Positions 11,552 through 22,770 of a stretch of 64,000 nucleotides of DNA are shown here, one piece after another. Under the pieces are notes generated by a model. The model had not been told where the DNA came from. It did no database searches and worked only from the letters and a program-made list of their open reading frames with translations. This stretch comes from Euprymna scolopes (lineage: Eukaryota). The position numbers and the translations under genes are program-made. The stretch lies in the NCBI GenBank assembly GCA_053919585.1, contig CM132784.1; one strand, given 5' to 3'. Position 1 is the stretch's first letter, and every line of letters begins with the position of its first letter.

Positions 11552-14500
11552 TCTATAAATATAAAAGCGAAAATGTATGTATGTATGTTCGCTTTTCCTC
11601 GATGTCCACGAAAGGCTTCTTTCAAACAAGCGCTTGCTCGCTTCACAACTTTTTAAAACTTTTTTATATCATCTATAAATTGTAATAACTACGAATTATC
11701 CACGGAGCTCGCCTCTCTATTTAATTTTAGACTTTTAAACCTTAATTATTTCACATTTCCCGCATCGGCACGCGTTGCATTCGCTTTTCAGTATAAAATG
11801 GTCAATGTAGGGGCAACCCTTCATACCAACAGTTACTCATCTAGCTCCCATTTCCCACCTCTTGGGAGCTGCCCCCCCCTTTCCCTCCCCCCTACCCTTA
11901 TCTCCACATTAAAAAACGGCCTTGTGCCTCATTTGCTCAGTGGGGAAGCAAATAAATCCAAAGCCCCCCCCCCGCTTCGGCGGCACGGGGGACAAGATAA
12001 AAGTGTAGTATCTGTTCCGGCAGATGCTGCAAGCAAAGACCAGCTACGACTAGCAAAGACCATATGTGGGGGTAACCCCATATATCTGAACTTGGTCAAG
12101 GTAGGGATCACCCTACGACCACAGTTACTATCCAGCTCCCATTTCCCACCTCTTGGGAGCAGGATCCCCCTTTCCCTCCCCCCTCCCTCTATCTCCACAT
12201 TAAAAAATGGCCTTGTGCCTAATTTGCTCAGTGGGGAAGCAAATAAATAAACAGCTCCCATTTCCCACCTCTTGAGAGCTGGTCCCCCCTTTCCCTCCCC
12301 CCTACCCTTATCTCCACATTAAAAAACGGCCTTGTGCCTCATTTGCTCAGTGGGGAAGCAAATAAATCCAAAGCCTCCCCCCGCTTCGGCGGCACGGGGG
12401 ACAAGATCAAAATGTAGTATCTGTTCCGGCAGATGCTGCAAGCAAAGAATAGCTAAGACTAGCAAAGACCATATGTGGGGTTACCCCCACATATCTGAAC
12501 TTGGTCAAGGTAGGGATCACCCTACGACCACAGTTACTATCCAGCTCCCATTTCCCACCTCTCGGAAGCAGGATCCCCCTTTCCCTCCCTCCATCTCCAC
12601 ATTAAAAAACGGCCTTGTGCCTCATTTGCTCAGTGGGGAAGCAAATAAATCCAAAGCCCCCCCCCCGCTTCGGCGGCACGGGGGACAAGATAAAAGTGTA
12701 GTATCTGTTCCGGCAGATGCTGCAAGCAAAGACCAGCTACGACTAGCAAAGACCATATGTGGGGGTAACCCCATATATCTGAACTTGGTCAAGGTAGGGA
12801 TCACCCTACGACCACAGTTACTATCCAGCTCCCATTTCCCACCTCTTGGGAGCAGGATCCCCCTTTCCCTCTCCCCTCCCTCTATCTCCACATTAAAAAA
12901 CGGCCTTGTGCCTAATTTGCTCAGTGGGGAAGCAAATAAATAAACAGCTCCCATTTCCCACCTCTTGGGAGCTGGTCCCCCCTTTCCCTCCCCCTACCCT
13001 TATCTCCACATTAAAAAACGGCCTTGTGCGTCATGTGCTCAGTGGGGAAGCAAATAAATCCAAAGCCCCCCCCCGCTTCGGCGGCACGGGGGACAATATC
13101 AAAATGTAGTATCTGTTCCGGCAGATGCTGCAAGCAAAGAATAGCTAAGACTAGCAAAGACCATATGTGGGGTTACCCCCACATATCTGAACTTGGTCAA
13201 GGTAGGGATCACCCTACGACCACAGTTACTATCCAGCTCCCATTTCCCACCTCTCGGAAGCAGGATCCCCCTTTCCCTCCCTACATCTCCACATTAAAAA
13301 ACGGCCTTGTGCCTCATTTGCTCAGTGGGGAAGCAAATAAATAAACAGCTCCAATTTCCCACCTCTTGGGAGCTGGTCCCCCCTTTCCCTCCCCCCTACC
13401 CTTATCTCCACATTAAAAAACGGCCTTGTGCCTCATTTGCTCAGTGGGAAAGCAAATAAATCCAAAGCCCCCCCCCCGCTTCGGCGGCACGGGGGACAAG
13501 ATCAAAATGTAGTATCTGTTCCGGCAGATGCTGCAAGCAAAGAATAGCTAAGACTAGCAAAGACCATATGTGCGGTTACCCCCACATATCTGAACTTGGT
13601 CAATGTAGGGATCACCCTACAGACCACAGTTACTATCCAGCTCCCATTTCCCACATCTCGGGAGTTGGACCCCATTTCCCCCCCTCCCTCTCTCTCCACA
13701 TTAAAAAACGGCCTTGTGCCTAATTTGATCAGTGGGGAAGCAAATAAATCCAACAGGCCCTACCCCCTCGGGGGACCGGGCGACAAGATCCAAGTGTAGT
13801 TTCTGTTCCGGAAGATGCTGCAAGCAAAGACTAGCTATGACTAGCAAAGACCATATGTGGGGGTAACCCCACATATCTGAACTTGGTCAATGTAGGGCTC
13901 ACCCTACAGACAACAGTCACTATCCAGCACCCATTTCCCACCTCTCGGGAGCTGGATCCCCCATCCCCCCTCCCTCTCTCTCCACATTAAAAAACGGCCT
14001 TGTACCTAATTTGCTCAGTGGGGAAGCAAATAAATCCAACGGGCCCAAACCCCTCTCGGAGGCCCGGGCGACAAGATCAAATTGTAGTATCTGTTCCGAC
14101 AGATGGTGCAAGCAATCGCTAGCATGCTAGCTATGACTATAAAATACCAGATGTGGGAGCAACCCCACATGCCTGACCTTTAACCACCTCCCATTTCCCA
14201 CCTCTCGGGAGCTGGTCTCTTTTTCCCTTCCCCCTCCCTTCACTCCTCACATTAAAAATTGGCCTTGTGCCTAATATGCTCGGTGGGGAAGCAAATAAAT
14301 CCAACAGGCCCAAATCCCCCTCGGGGGCCCGGGCAACAAGATCAATGTGTAGTATCTGTTCCGGCAGATTCTGCAAGCAAAGACTAGCTATGACTAGCAA
14401 AGACCATATGCGGGGATAACCCCACATATCTGAACTTGTTCAATGTAGGGATCACCCTACAGACCACAGTTACTAATCCAGCTCCCATTTCCCACCTCTC

Positions 14501-14878
14501 GGGAGCTGGATCTCCCTTTCCCTCCCCCTCCTCTCTCTCCACATTAAAAAACGGCCTTGTACCTAATTTGCTCAGTGGGGAAGCAAATAAATCCAACAGG
14601 CCCAGGGCCAGTTTGGCCAATGTCAACTTCGTCATATCAGACTGTAGCTTTCATTTCGAGACGAGGGAGCGGGTTTTTAAAAACAAACAAACCCATTTAT
14701 TCCAAACTGGCCCGCACAAAATAACTGCTGAATACCTATCGCCGTCATGTCAATTAAAAACGCGCACCTGTTATTTTTTTAAACACTTTACTATTTTCCA
14801 ACTACGCGTCGTCAACGCTTCGGATTTTTTTCGCATAACCCGAAAAACACTCGGGCAATGCCGGGTAGCCCTCGCTAG
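11552..14878 (+). mobile_element. Complete non-autonomous Helitron (Lep1/HINE-like architecture) carrying a central tandem array
   Basis: A^TCTATAAATATAAAAG..(TATG)n 5' end; cgggcaatgccggg GC-rich subterminal motif + CTAG^T 3' end; inserted between A and T with no TSD; removal restores the host frame. Confidence 0.88.
11798..14607 (+). repeat. GC-rich complex tandem array: ~290-bp monomer (A ~117 bp + B ~173 bp) with a 693-bp higher-order repeat
   Basis: Order B'-A-B-A-A-B-A-B-A-A-B-A-A-B-A-B-A-B-A-B-A; near-identical ORFs 11929-12261 and 12622-12954 give the 693-bp period; each monomer has about six hairpins. Confidence 0.95.
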
Positions 14879-15227
14879 TATAGAATAAGTCAGAGAGAGT
14901 GGCAACCTGGGTTGAAGTGAATGTCCCTAATGATGGAAGCCTGAACATAGCTGAAAGGGAAAAACATACCAAATATCAAGGTCTCATGTATGAAATCAAA
15001 AGAAACTGGAATCTTAGGGAGATATGAATCATATCCGTTATTACAGGTGCCACAGGCCTTATGAAGAAGAACCTGAAGTCTCACCTGACTAATAATTCTG
15101 GTGAACCAAGTGCAAAGGAGATCCAGACAAATGCATTTAAGGGTACAACGAGGAGACTAAAAAGAGGTCATGTTGGCAGCTAGTTTGACTGTCCTATACC
15201 CAGCATTACAATCTTCAAGGGAAGAAA

Positions 15228-15279
<52 letters not shown>
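14879..15279 (+). mobile_element. R4/Dong-like retrotransposon 3' end: restriction-like endonuclease C-terminus plus (TAA)n tail
   Basis: I*NKSERVATWVEVNVPND...EREKHTKYQGLMYEIKRNW..ISVITGATGLMKKNL completes the PD..(D/E)..K motif; (TAA)n at 15230-15279. Confidence 0.85.
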
Positions 15280-15282
<3 letters not shown>

Positions 15283-16384
15283 CAAAAATGGTATGTTGAA
15301 GCATGGGTTATTTTTCGTTATAATAATCTATTATATTTTAATCATTTTGTCTTAATCCGGCTTCAAACAAATTAATATTGAAAACACTGTAGTAAATGCC
15401 TTAATTACTGTAATATTAATTAATGTAAACAAATGAATTATTATCAGTTATGCGTAAAGTAAAAGAAACGAAGAAATGAGTATTCTGCTGTTAATAATAA
15501 TAAAAACCTACAATAATGATAATTATTATAGTATATTAAAATAGTAATGTTAATAAAAATATAAGATAGTTAGATAATAATAAAATATAAACTTATATAA
15601 ATAATATTAAAACAATATCAAATAATAATAAAATTATAGCACAAGCATATTTATAAAATAAATACAATGCAAATTAATGTAATGCCACTATTAAACTATT
15701 AATGACAACGATATAAAAAGAAAATTGTGTAACCTGGTCGTTACATATTAACCGTGTAGTAACATTTCAACCACAGGGACTCACCTCTTGTCTGGTGCCG
15801 TTCAAGGATCAAAGAAACAAAGAAGGATATGAACATACGCATCAGTATATTTAGGTGAATAAAAAAGCATTTATTCCAGTCATTTCCCACAACGCAATTC
15901 ACTTTTCCTTCCTCACATTGATTTAATCGCGCATGTGCCCACCTACATCAACACATTATATACTTGTTCTCTCCCCGTTCTTCTGACTACAAGGTGAATA
16001 TTTATTTTCCTTTTCCCTCCTTCTTCTTTCAGTGACGTAAGCAAGTGCACACTTGCCAATTTGCAAACGTGCTTAAATGTGGCTGCCCTCTTTTTTTTCT
16101 AATTTGATAACTTTTTACGCCATCTGCCCAAATGTTTTTCTTTTGTTTAAAACCTTCTTATTGATAACTTTTGTACAAAAACTAGTTTGTATAATCTTTT
16201 TGTCCAGGTCCTATGTCGTATTTGTCCCTTTATTCTTCAGTTTTAACGAGATTATTTAAGAGAACACTAGTTAATCAAACTCTTTGTTTAGTCCACGGTC
16301 CTTATTCGTCTCTTAGCGGTTCATTTCATGTTTGATGAGATTATTTAAAACTAATATTTATAGTGGTTTCAATAAGAAGAGTGT

Positions 16385-16690
16385 TTTTCGTGAGGTCTGG
16401 ACAGGAGGAACAATAGGTTCGACCTCAAACGAGCACTTACCATGAAATAAAAAAAAACAAACTATAAAGCAGAGCCAGACTCGCAATATCTCTTCTGCGA
16501 AAACGAGGTTGAAGGAAAGAAAATGCATCCTCCCACTATCCTACGAAGTCTATTTTGAACCTTGCCCAGGGAGGATAAGCTGCTTCTAGCAGTTGCCGTC
16601 CAAATGTGGCATGATTTCTTCATCCTTGGGCGTACTTGGCTCTTATATATGTAGGGAATTGCATCAACAATGAAATACTAATGGAGCGGT
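16385..16690 (-). mobile_element. CR1/Zenon-like LINE fragment (post-RT region)
   Basis: YIYKSQVRPRMKKSCHIW...LGKVQNRLRRIVG...RRDIASLALLY..YFHGKCS. Confidence 0.75.
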
Positions 16691-17386
16691 CAAGAGAATG
16701 TATTATAAAAGTTAAAGAGCCTAGCTAAAAACACATTCAGTACCGGATGTCGACGTTGAAATAATAAGAATCCACATTGTTTCATTACTTCATAAAAATA
16801 CCAGCAAACAAAAAACGTAGGTATATGAGGTTCACACGATAAAACTACTTTTCATTGTAACTTGTTGGAATCGATTGAAATGTACGGTTGTTTGGTTAAA
16901 TTTTTAATTTCCTGCGTCATTTGCGACCACGTCTATTGCTTAGCGAGAACAATTCCGGTGAACGGATTTGTCTATCTGAGAGTTTCATTATCTCTGCCCG
17001 CATCGTCTGGTTTTAAAAATGTTGCACTTAATGACTCCCGTACAATATACTTGAGGTGTTTCATTCGGTTACAGTAAATGACCTGGGTTATTTCAGTATC
17101 TGTTTTAAAGCATCAATTCTTTCATTTCCGAGAATAAAAAACAAATATAATTTCGTGAGAGATCTAAGAATACGTTNNNNNNNNNNNNNNNNNNNNNNNN
17201 NNNNNNNNNNNNNNNNNNNNNNNNNNNNNNNNNNNNNNNNNNNNNNNNNNNNNNNNNNNNNNNNNNNNNNNNNNNNNNNNNNNNNNNNNNNNNNNNNNNN
17301 NNNNNNNNNNNNNNNNNNNNNNNNNNNNNNNNNNNNNNNNNNNNNNNNNNNNNNNNNNNNNNNNNNNNTATATGCATACGTATGTG

Positions 17387-17433
<47 letters not shown>

Positions 17434-17483
17434 GCATATATATATATACATAACCACACAGATTCTCAGACATACACACAGAC

Positions 17484-17514
<31 letters not shown>

Positions 17515-18599
17515 TATATACATGTATATATATATAGTCTTCGAAGTTTTTAGCCTTTAAAACTATACAAACAATATTTTTTATCATACGATAGAAAACT
17601 ATTTAGTCAGTAAGTCATTCAATCACCTACAATCACTGCATCAACTTGCTTTCTCGAATTCACTACAGTACAAGTAATAATTTATTTTTAAGGAGTCATC
17701 AGTTGTTTATCATGAAACACTGTTTCAGGGATTTAAATATTTATTTATACGTACGTTTATGTATATGTAAATTGCATGTAGGAAGTTTATGCAAGTTATG
17801 ACTGGGTATATAGATTGCTTTAATGTTAAAAGTACTCTTACACGCGTTGTTTAGATTCTACTCAATATGATTAATTTAGATATATGGTGAAAGAGAATAC
17901 AACTCTCCACAGCAATTTCCCTTATATTTCTTTCGTTAAAATGTCGATTATTCGAATGCTTACGCAGGCTCACTTCCTGTATGTTATGTAATTTGTTTCC
18001 CCTCTCAGTTCTCAAAGTTAAAATGTTCTTTTTTTACAGCTAAATACCAGCTTTTTATATGCCCAAATCGGACCGTGTTTTTATTTGCATGTGTCACATT
18101 TTTGTTTACTAGCGGTCGGGTTTCAAGCTAGAGTGCCGGTGACCTTTTACAATATGATTACGTCAACCATAGACACTTCTTTCCAATACCATTGTGACAA
18201 GTTCACACCAGAAAAGACCAGCGGCGTCAAATACGGACGCATTTGCGTTTCTTGTTTTTTTTTTCTTTCTTTTTTTATTTGGTTAATTTTCATCGGATAG
18301 GTGAAAATGTCGTATTTTCAATTCCTGGATTCAGACTGAATTTTTTTTTTACCTTATTTGAATTACTATTTTATATATTTTCTTGTCTGTTCAATGTTCC
18401 TTTTTTTTTCAAATACTAAAAAGTTTAAAGCTTGGAATTTTTTTTTTTGCTAAATTCTTTGTTTATAGACTTATTTTGATTTAACTTAGTTGCGTTTTAC
18501 GAGTCATATGAATAGATTATAGTTCGTGCAAATAATCTTTTGGCACTAGCAACAGCTATAATTGCAAAACAATACTTAATATTAATATAGACTTACGTA

Positions 18600-19500
18600 T
18601 TAATTGCCTCTGTCGATCCCTGAAGCACTTTTTGATCTAATATTCATTAACGACAACTCTGATAATATTGTATCCGAGATGTGTATATTTGATGTATGGC
18701 ATTTACCAGGGACGAGCGAATATACAAAAATTTACGGCATTAGCAGAATCATTAGAAAATGATCACCAGATCGTGGTTAAATGGGGCAATAAATGGATAA
18801 TAATATTTTATTATAGTAAGATTAGGCCCTCTTCTATAAACATGACAACACACCACTCTAACTATCGATATCCATGGCAAATAATATTGTACCAGAGAAT
18901 TCTTCCATCAAACTCCCCGACTTAATATTGACAGGCAGTACGAATTGGAATAAATACATTGGGGGCATTGCAAAGGCCAGTACAAAGACAGCTCTCATGC
19001 TAGAAGACTGCTCATATCTGAGTATATCCTATACATCTACGAGGCCCCTATTCGTCCATGCATAGTGTTAGTACCACATCTGGGCTGGTGAATCTAGCAT
19101 TAGTCTTTTAACAAAAATATTCTTTACTCTAATATGACCCACTTTGTCAACTTAGCTCAAACTCCTGTCCCATCGCACTTTTGTGTCTTTGTACCTGTTT
19201 CACAAGTATTTAAGAGAATGTGCTCCGATCAATTCGTTGCACTACTGCTCCCTCCACATTCATATCCTCGACAAAGCCGCTTAGCAAAAAAAAAAAAAAT
19301 CACACCCCCATCACTGCTGAGGACGTTTAATGTTAGAAAGCGTTCTACTCTAATAGCTTATTCCCTCGAGCAGCTAAACTTTGGAATATTTTTCTGCTAC
19401 CTGCTTCCCCGATTGTTCTGATATGCAGAAGTTTAAATGTAGCATAAACCAACATCTTGTAAATTTCTCTTAGGAACAGTCCCAATAGTGTTCCTATACA
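18600..19500 (+). mobile_element. CR1/Zenon-like LINE 3' fragment
   Basis: LIFIND.., LENDHQIVVKWGNKW, YIY..IRPC...HIWAG, C-terminal FPR/LW region; heavily decayed. Confidence 0.7.
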
Positions 19501-19544
19501 TATAAGTGGCGGTATACATTATTGGGGGTGAACGTGAGTAACTA

Positions 19545-20501
19545 CAAGATGTGCCAAAAGAAGCTGACGGATTTAAAATTGGATTAACTTCCTCAATATT
19601 TAAGTCATGCTTACCAATTTTCATATGTAGTTAGATGAGCCTCTCCGGGATGTTTTTAGATATAGTAAGATATCATAAACTACTTCTTCTAATTTTTTTA
19701 CACAACTTAATCTAGGGTATGTTTTTCAAAAGGTCTAATTTTAGTTATGAAAAATGATGTTACTCAAATGTCCACCAATTCCGATTACTTCATCCGCCGT
19801 TACTCTATACCATACTGTACATTTGTGAGGGTGTAATTGCCGTTGAGCTGTTGCGTGGGGACTTTTTGATCTCCAAATCCTGCAATTTTGCTTATTTATG
19901 AACCCATTCAGATGAAAATGGGCCTCATCGGACATAATTTGAGAAAGTGTGGATCCTTATTGACCAAATTTTGGAATAGCATTGCGTATTCCAGCGTTTT
20001 TTTTACGGATTTTTTGGCTGAAGCTCTTGCGCCAATTGAATTTTATATGAAAATTTGCCCTCTTTCTGAAGCATTCTGTGAAGAGATGATCGAGTGACCC
20101 TGCTTTTAATTGGTCTGCTTCTTACTGATGTAGATGGATCCTCGACCACACTCTCTCCTAATCTCTGACGATTCTCATCATTTCCGGCCGCACCTGGACT
20201 ACCATATTTAGGGCGGTCACATACAGATTCTTTCTCATGAAATCAAGCCACCATGGTTTTTATTGCATTGAGAATAGAGAAATTTCTTGTGTTGAAGTTT
20301 CATCGAAATTCTCTTTGAGTTTCTAATATTGACTCATTCAGCCGAAAATACAACTCTCCTATAAATATCCGCTCCTCAGTAGTGTAACGACTCATGGTGA
20401 CCTTGGAAGGGTTACTCTAGATGATCTGAAAAAATAAAAGAAAATAAAAAAAAATAAAGAAAGTTATGAATTTTTTTTACCCATCAGCTTCTTTTGGGAT
20501 G

Positions 20502-20506
<5 letters not shown>
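19545..20506 (-). mobile_element. Internally deleted Tc1/mariner element (DUF4817-HTH type)
   Basis: Imperfect TIRs (caagatgtgccaaaagaagctgacgg / revcomp tagggcatcccaaaagaagctgatgg) with TA flanks; ATG at 20395 MSRYTTEERIFIGELYF; SDEAHFHLNGFINKQNCRIW joined directly to C-terminal GGHLSNIIF. Confidence 0.85.
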
Positions 20507-20561
<55 letters not shown>

Positions 20562-20564
20562 TAC

Positions 20565-20778
20565 TTTTTTTATTACATTTTCACCCCAAACAAGACACAT
20601 GGCCAACTTGGTGTAGGGGGCTACTATAAAGGGCAACAACTACTGGGGTACTATGTAGGGATTAGGTCAGCAAGATATCGGTTCACTTTGCACTTGAACT
20701 TCTGCACGTAAGTACAGTTGGGGAAGCAGGGATCTGGAATGGAATTCCAAAGTCTAGCGGTTCTGGGAAAGAAACTAC

Positions 20779-20783
<5 letters not shown>
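20565..20783 (-). mobile_element. CR1/Zenon-like LINE 3' end
   Basis: SSFFPRTARLWNSIPDPCFP...KFKCKVNRYL; 3' UTR shared with 22236-22770 and 62800-62975. Confidence 0.8.
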
Positions 20784-20839
<56 letters not shown>

Positions 20840-21017
20840 GCAATGAATCGCTTTGCTGCAGACATACATTAAATTTTAAACTATAAATTTAAAACATGCA
20901 TAGATGTATATTTGCACATACACATATATGCATAAATTTATACATGTGTACACATATATACACGGGTATTCATATAGTTATACACACATATATACACGTA
21001 TGCTTATAATTATACAT

Positions 21018-21059
<42 letters not shown>

Positions 21060-21100
21060 GCATATATATATATATATATATACACACAAATAAAGAAGAT

Positions 21101-21437
21101 TTGGTTGGTTATTTTTGTTTTACGGCATATCAACACTTTTCGGGTTATTTAATTCCGAATCCAAAGATTTTGAAGAAAAAAATTTAATCGAATATATTTG
21201 TTGTTTTCACGTCGGTTTCTATTTAACCCATAGTTGGGACCCTAACAGGTACTACCACTCCGGGTCAGTGTGAACCTGGGAGCAATGGTAATTAAAGGGT
21301 GGCTCCACACTCCACAAATCCCCAAAGCTGGGGCCTCACCACTGGATATAGTTAAAGGTCATATCCAGGACCCCCATTGAGGGGATTTTACCCTCTGCAG
21401 GGGGGCAGTCGGCGTATTCTAATGCCCCACCGAGATA
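21101..21437 (-). mobile_element. SINE-like retroposon with (AACC)n tail
   Basis: High similarity to reverse complement of 38980-39259; resembles an abundant octopus interspersed repeat (from memory). Confidence 0.8.
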
Positions 21438-22104
21438 TNNNNNNNNNNNNNNNNNNNNNNNNNNNNNNNNNNNNNNNNNNNNNNNNNNNNNNNNNNNNNN
21501 NNNNNNNNNNNNNNNNNNNNNNNNNNNNNNNNNNNNNNNNNNNNNNNNNNNNNNNNNNNNNNNNNNNNNNNNNNNNNNNNNNNNNNNNNNNNNCGTTTTA
21601 TACTGCGATAGTTTTCAGATTTAATAACCCTGAAATACGGAAAATTGCTAGCAGAAACTGCGCATACATTTATATGACAGATACTGACAGTCTGACAAGT
21701 GTTATCAAAGAGTAAAATCTCCCTAGGATTTCCCAGAAAAGAAATTCAATCCCGGTGTTACTGAGTGCTTGTATCATAATAGCCTAACACAGACGAACGG
21801 GTTCTTCTACGGACTCTTAAAAGATTAAATGTCTCTACGATTAAGTGTCTAAGTTCATTCAGATGATATTTAAACGAATGCATTCGACTTTGGCGCCAAC
21901 AAATGCTTTTATTGGCAAATTTTTGTCTGTATTTAGTAGTGTTGGCTCTAGTGTGCTACAAGTCAGTAACATTAGGACTATAGTTATGTTTTCTTTTTAC
22001 TAGCGATGTGAAATGAATAAAATCATAGGTTAGCATAAATGGTAGAGAAATAAAAAATGTTTCGCACTGCGATTTCTATTTAACTTAATATAGCATGAAA
22101 CCAG

Positions 22105-22188
<84 letters not shown>

Positions 22189-22235
22189 GTAAGAAATAGA
22201 ATATGTGTTTAAGGATAATTTTGAAATTAGATATG

Positions 22236-22770
22236 CTTTTTATATTACATTTTTACCCCAAACAAAGCAAAATGCCACTTTAATATTCAGGGCTACTATC
22301 TGGACATAGAATTGCACGAATACAATGTAGGGAGTGTAGGGGCGAGATGTCAGTTCACATTACACTTGAACTTCTGCATGTTAGTATAGTTCGGAAAACA
22401 GTAACTCGGAAGTGAATTCAAAAGTCTAGCAGTTCTGGAGAAAATAGAGTAGAAAGCTGTCTGACATCTGGGGACCTCTAATGTATAGGGATGGGACTTC
22501 GCTGCTTTTCAGGTTTGTCAGGGAGATTTATGTCGACGGTGTACAAGTCTTCTAGAATGTCAGAGCATTTACCATTTAATTACTTGTAAAACAGGCAGAG
22601 GGATACAACATTTCGTCGGTGGGACAGAGATTGAAGCGTAGCTGAGAGTTTGGGACTTATTAGGTTGGCCATTCAGTTTGCGACCCTGTCGAGGACTGAA
22701 AGACTACTAGCACCAGCCAAATTGTGACAACAATACTCCATATATGGGTAACGCAAAGAACATTTAACTT
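22236..22770 (-). mobile_element. CR1/Zenon-like LINE 3' fragment
   Basis: Same 3' end as 20565-20783, plus MEYCCHNLAG, LQSLSHRRNV and YK*LNGKCS motifs. Confidence 0.8.

Noticed and set aside
11841-14607. CRISPR array or known ribozyme (hammerhead/HDV/twister/pistol) in the array
   Set aside because: No unique spacers, eukaryotic context and no cas genes; no CUGANGA+GAAA core; only superficial twister-like words without the required pairings
11798-14888. ORFs of 100-200 aa in the GC-rich array
   Set aside because: They repeat in different frames and on both strands, are low-complexity, and show no recognisable domain; a by-product of GC-rich tandem repeats
15727-16060. Solo LTR (also considered at ~34548-34700)
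   Set aside because: TG start and reversed polyA signal only; no clear CA end, TSD or second copy
16434-16443. Perfect minus-strand ATG|GTAAGT splice donor
   Set aside because: It is the FHGKC codon string of a CR1/Zenon-like LINE fragment
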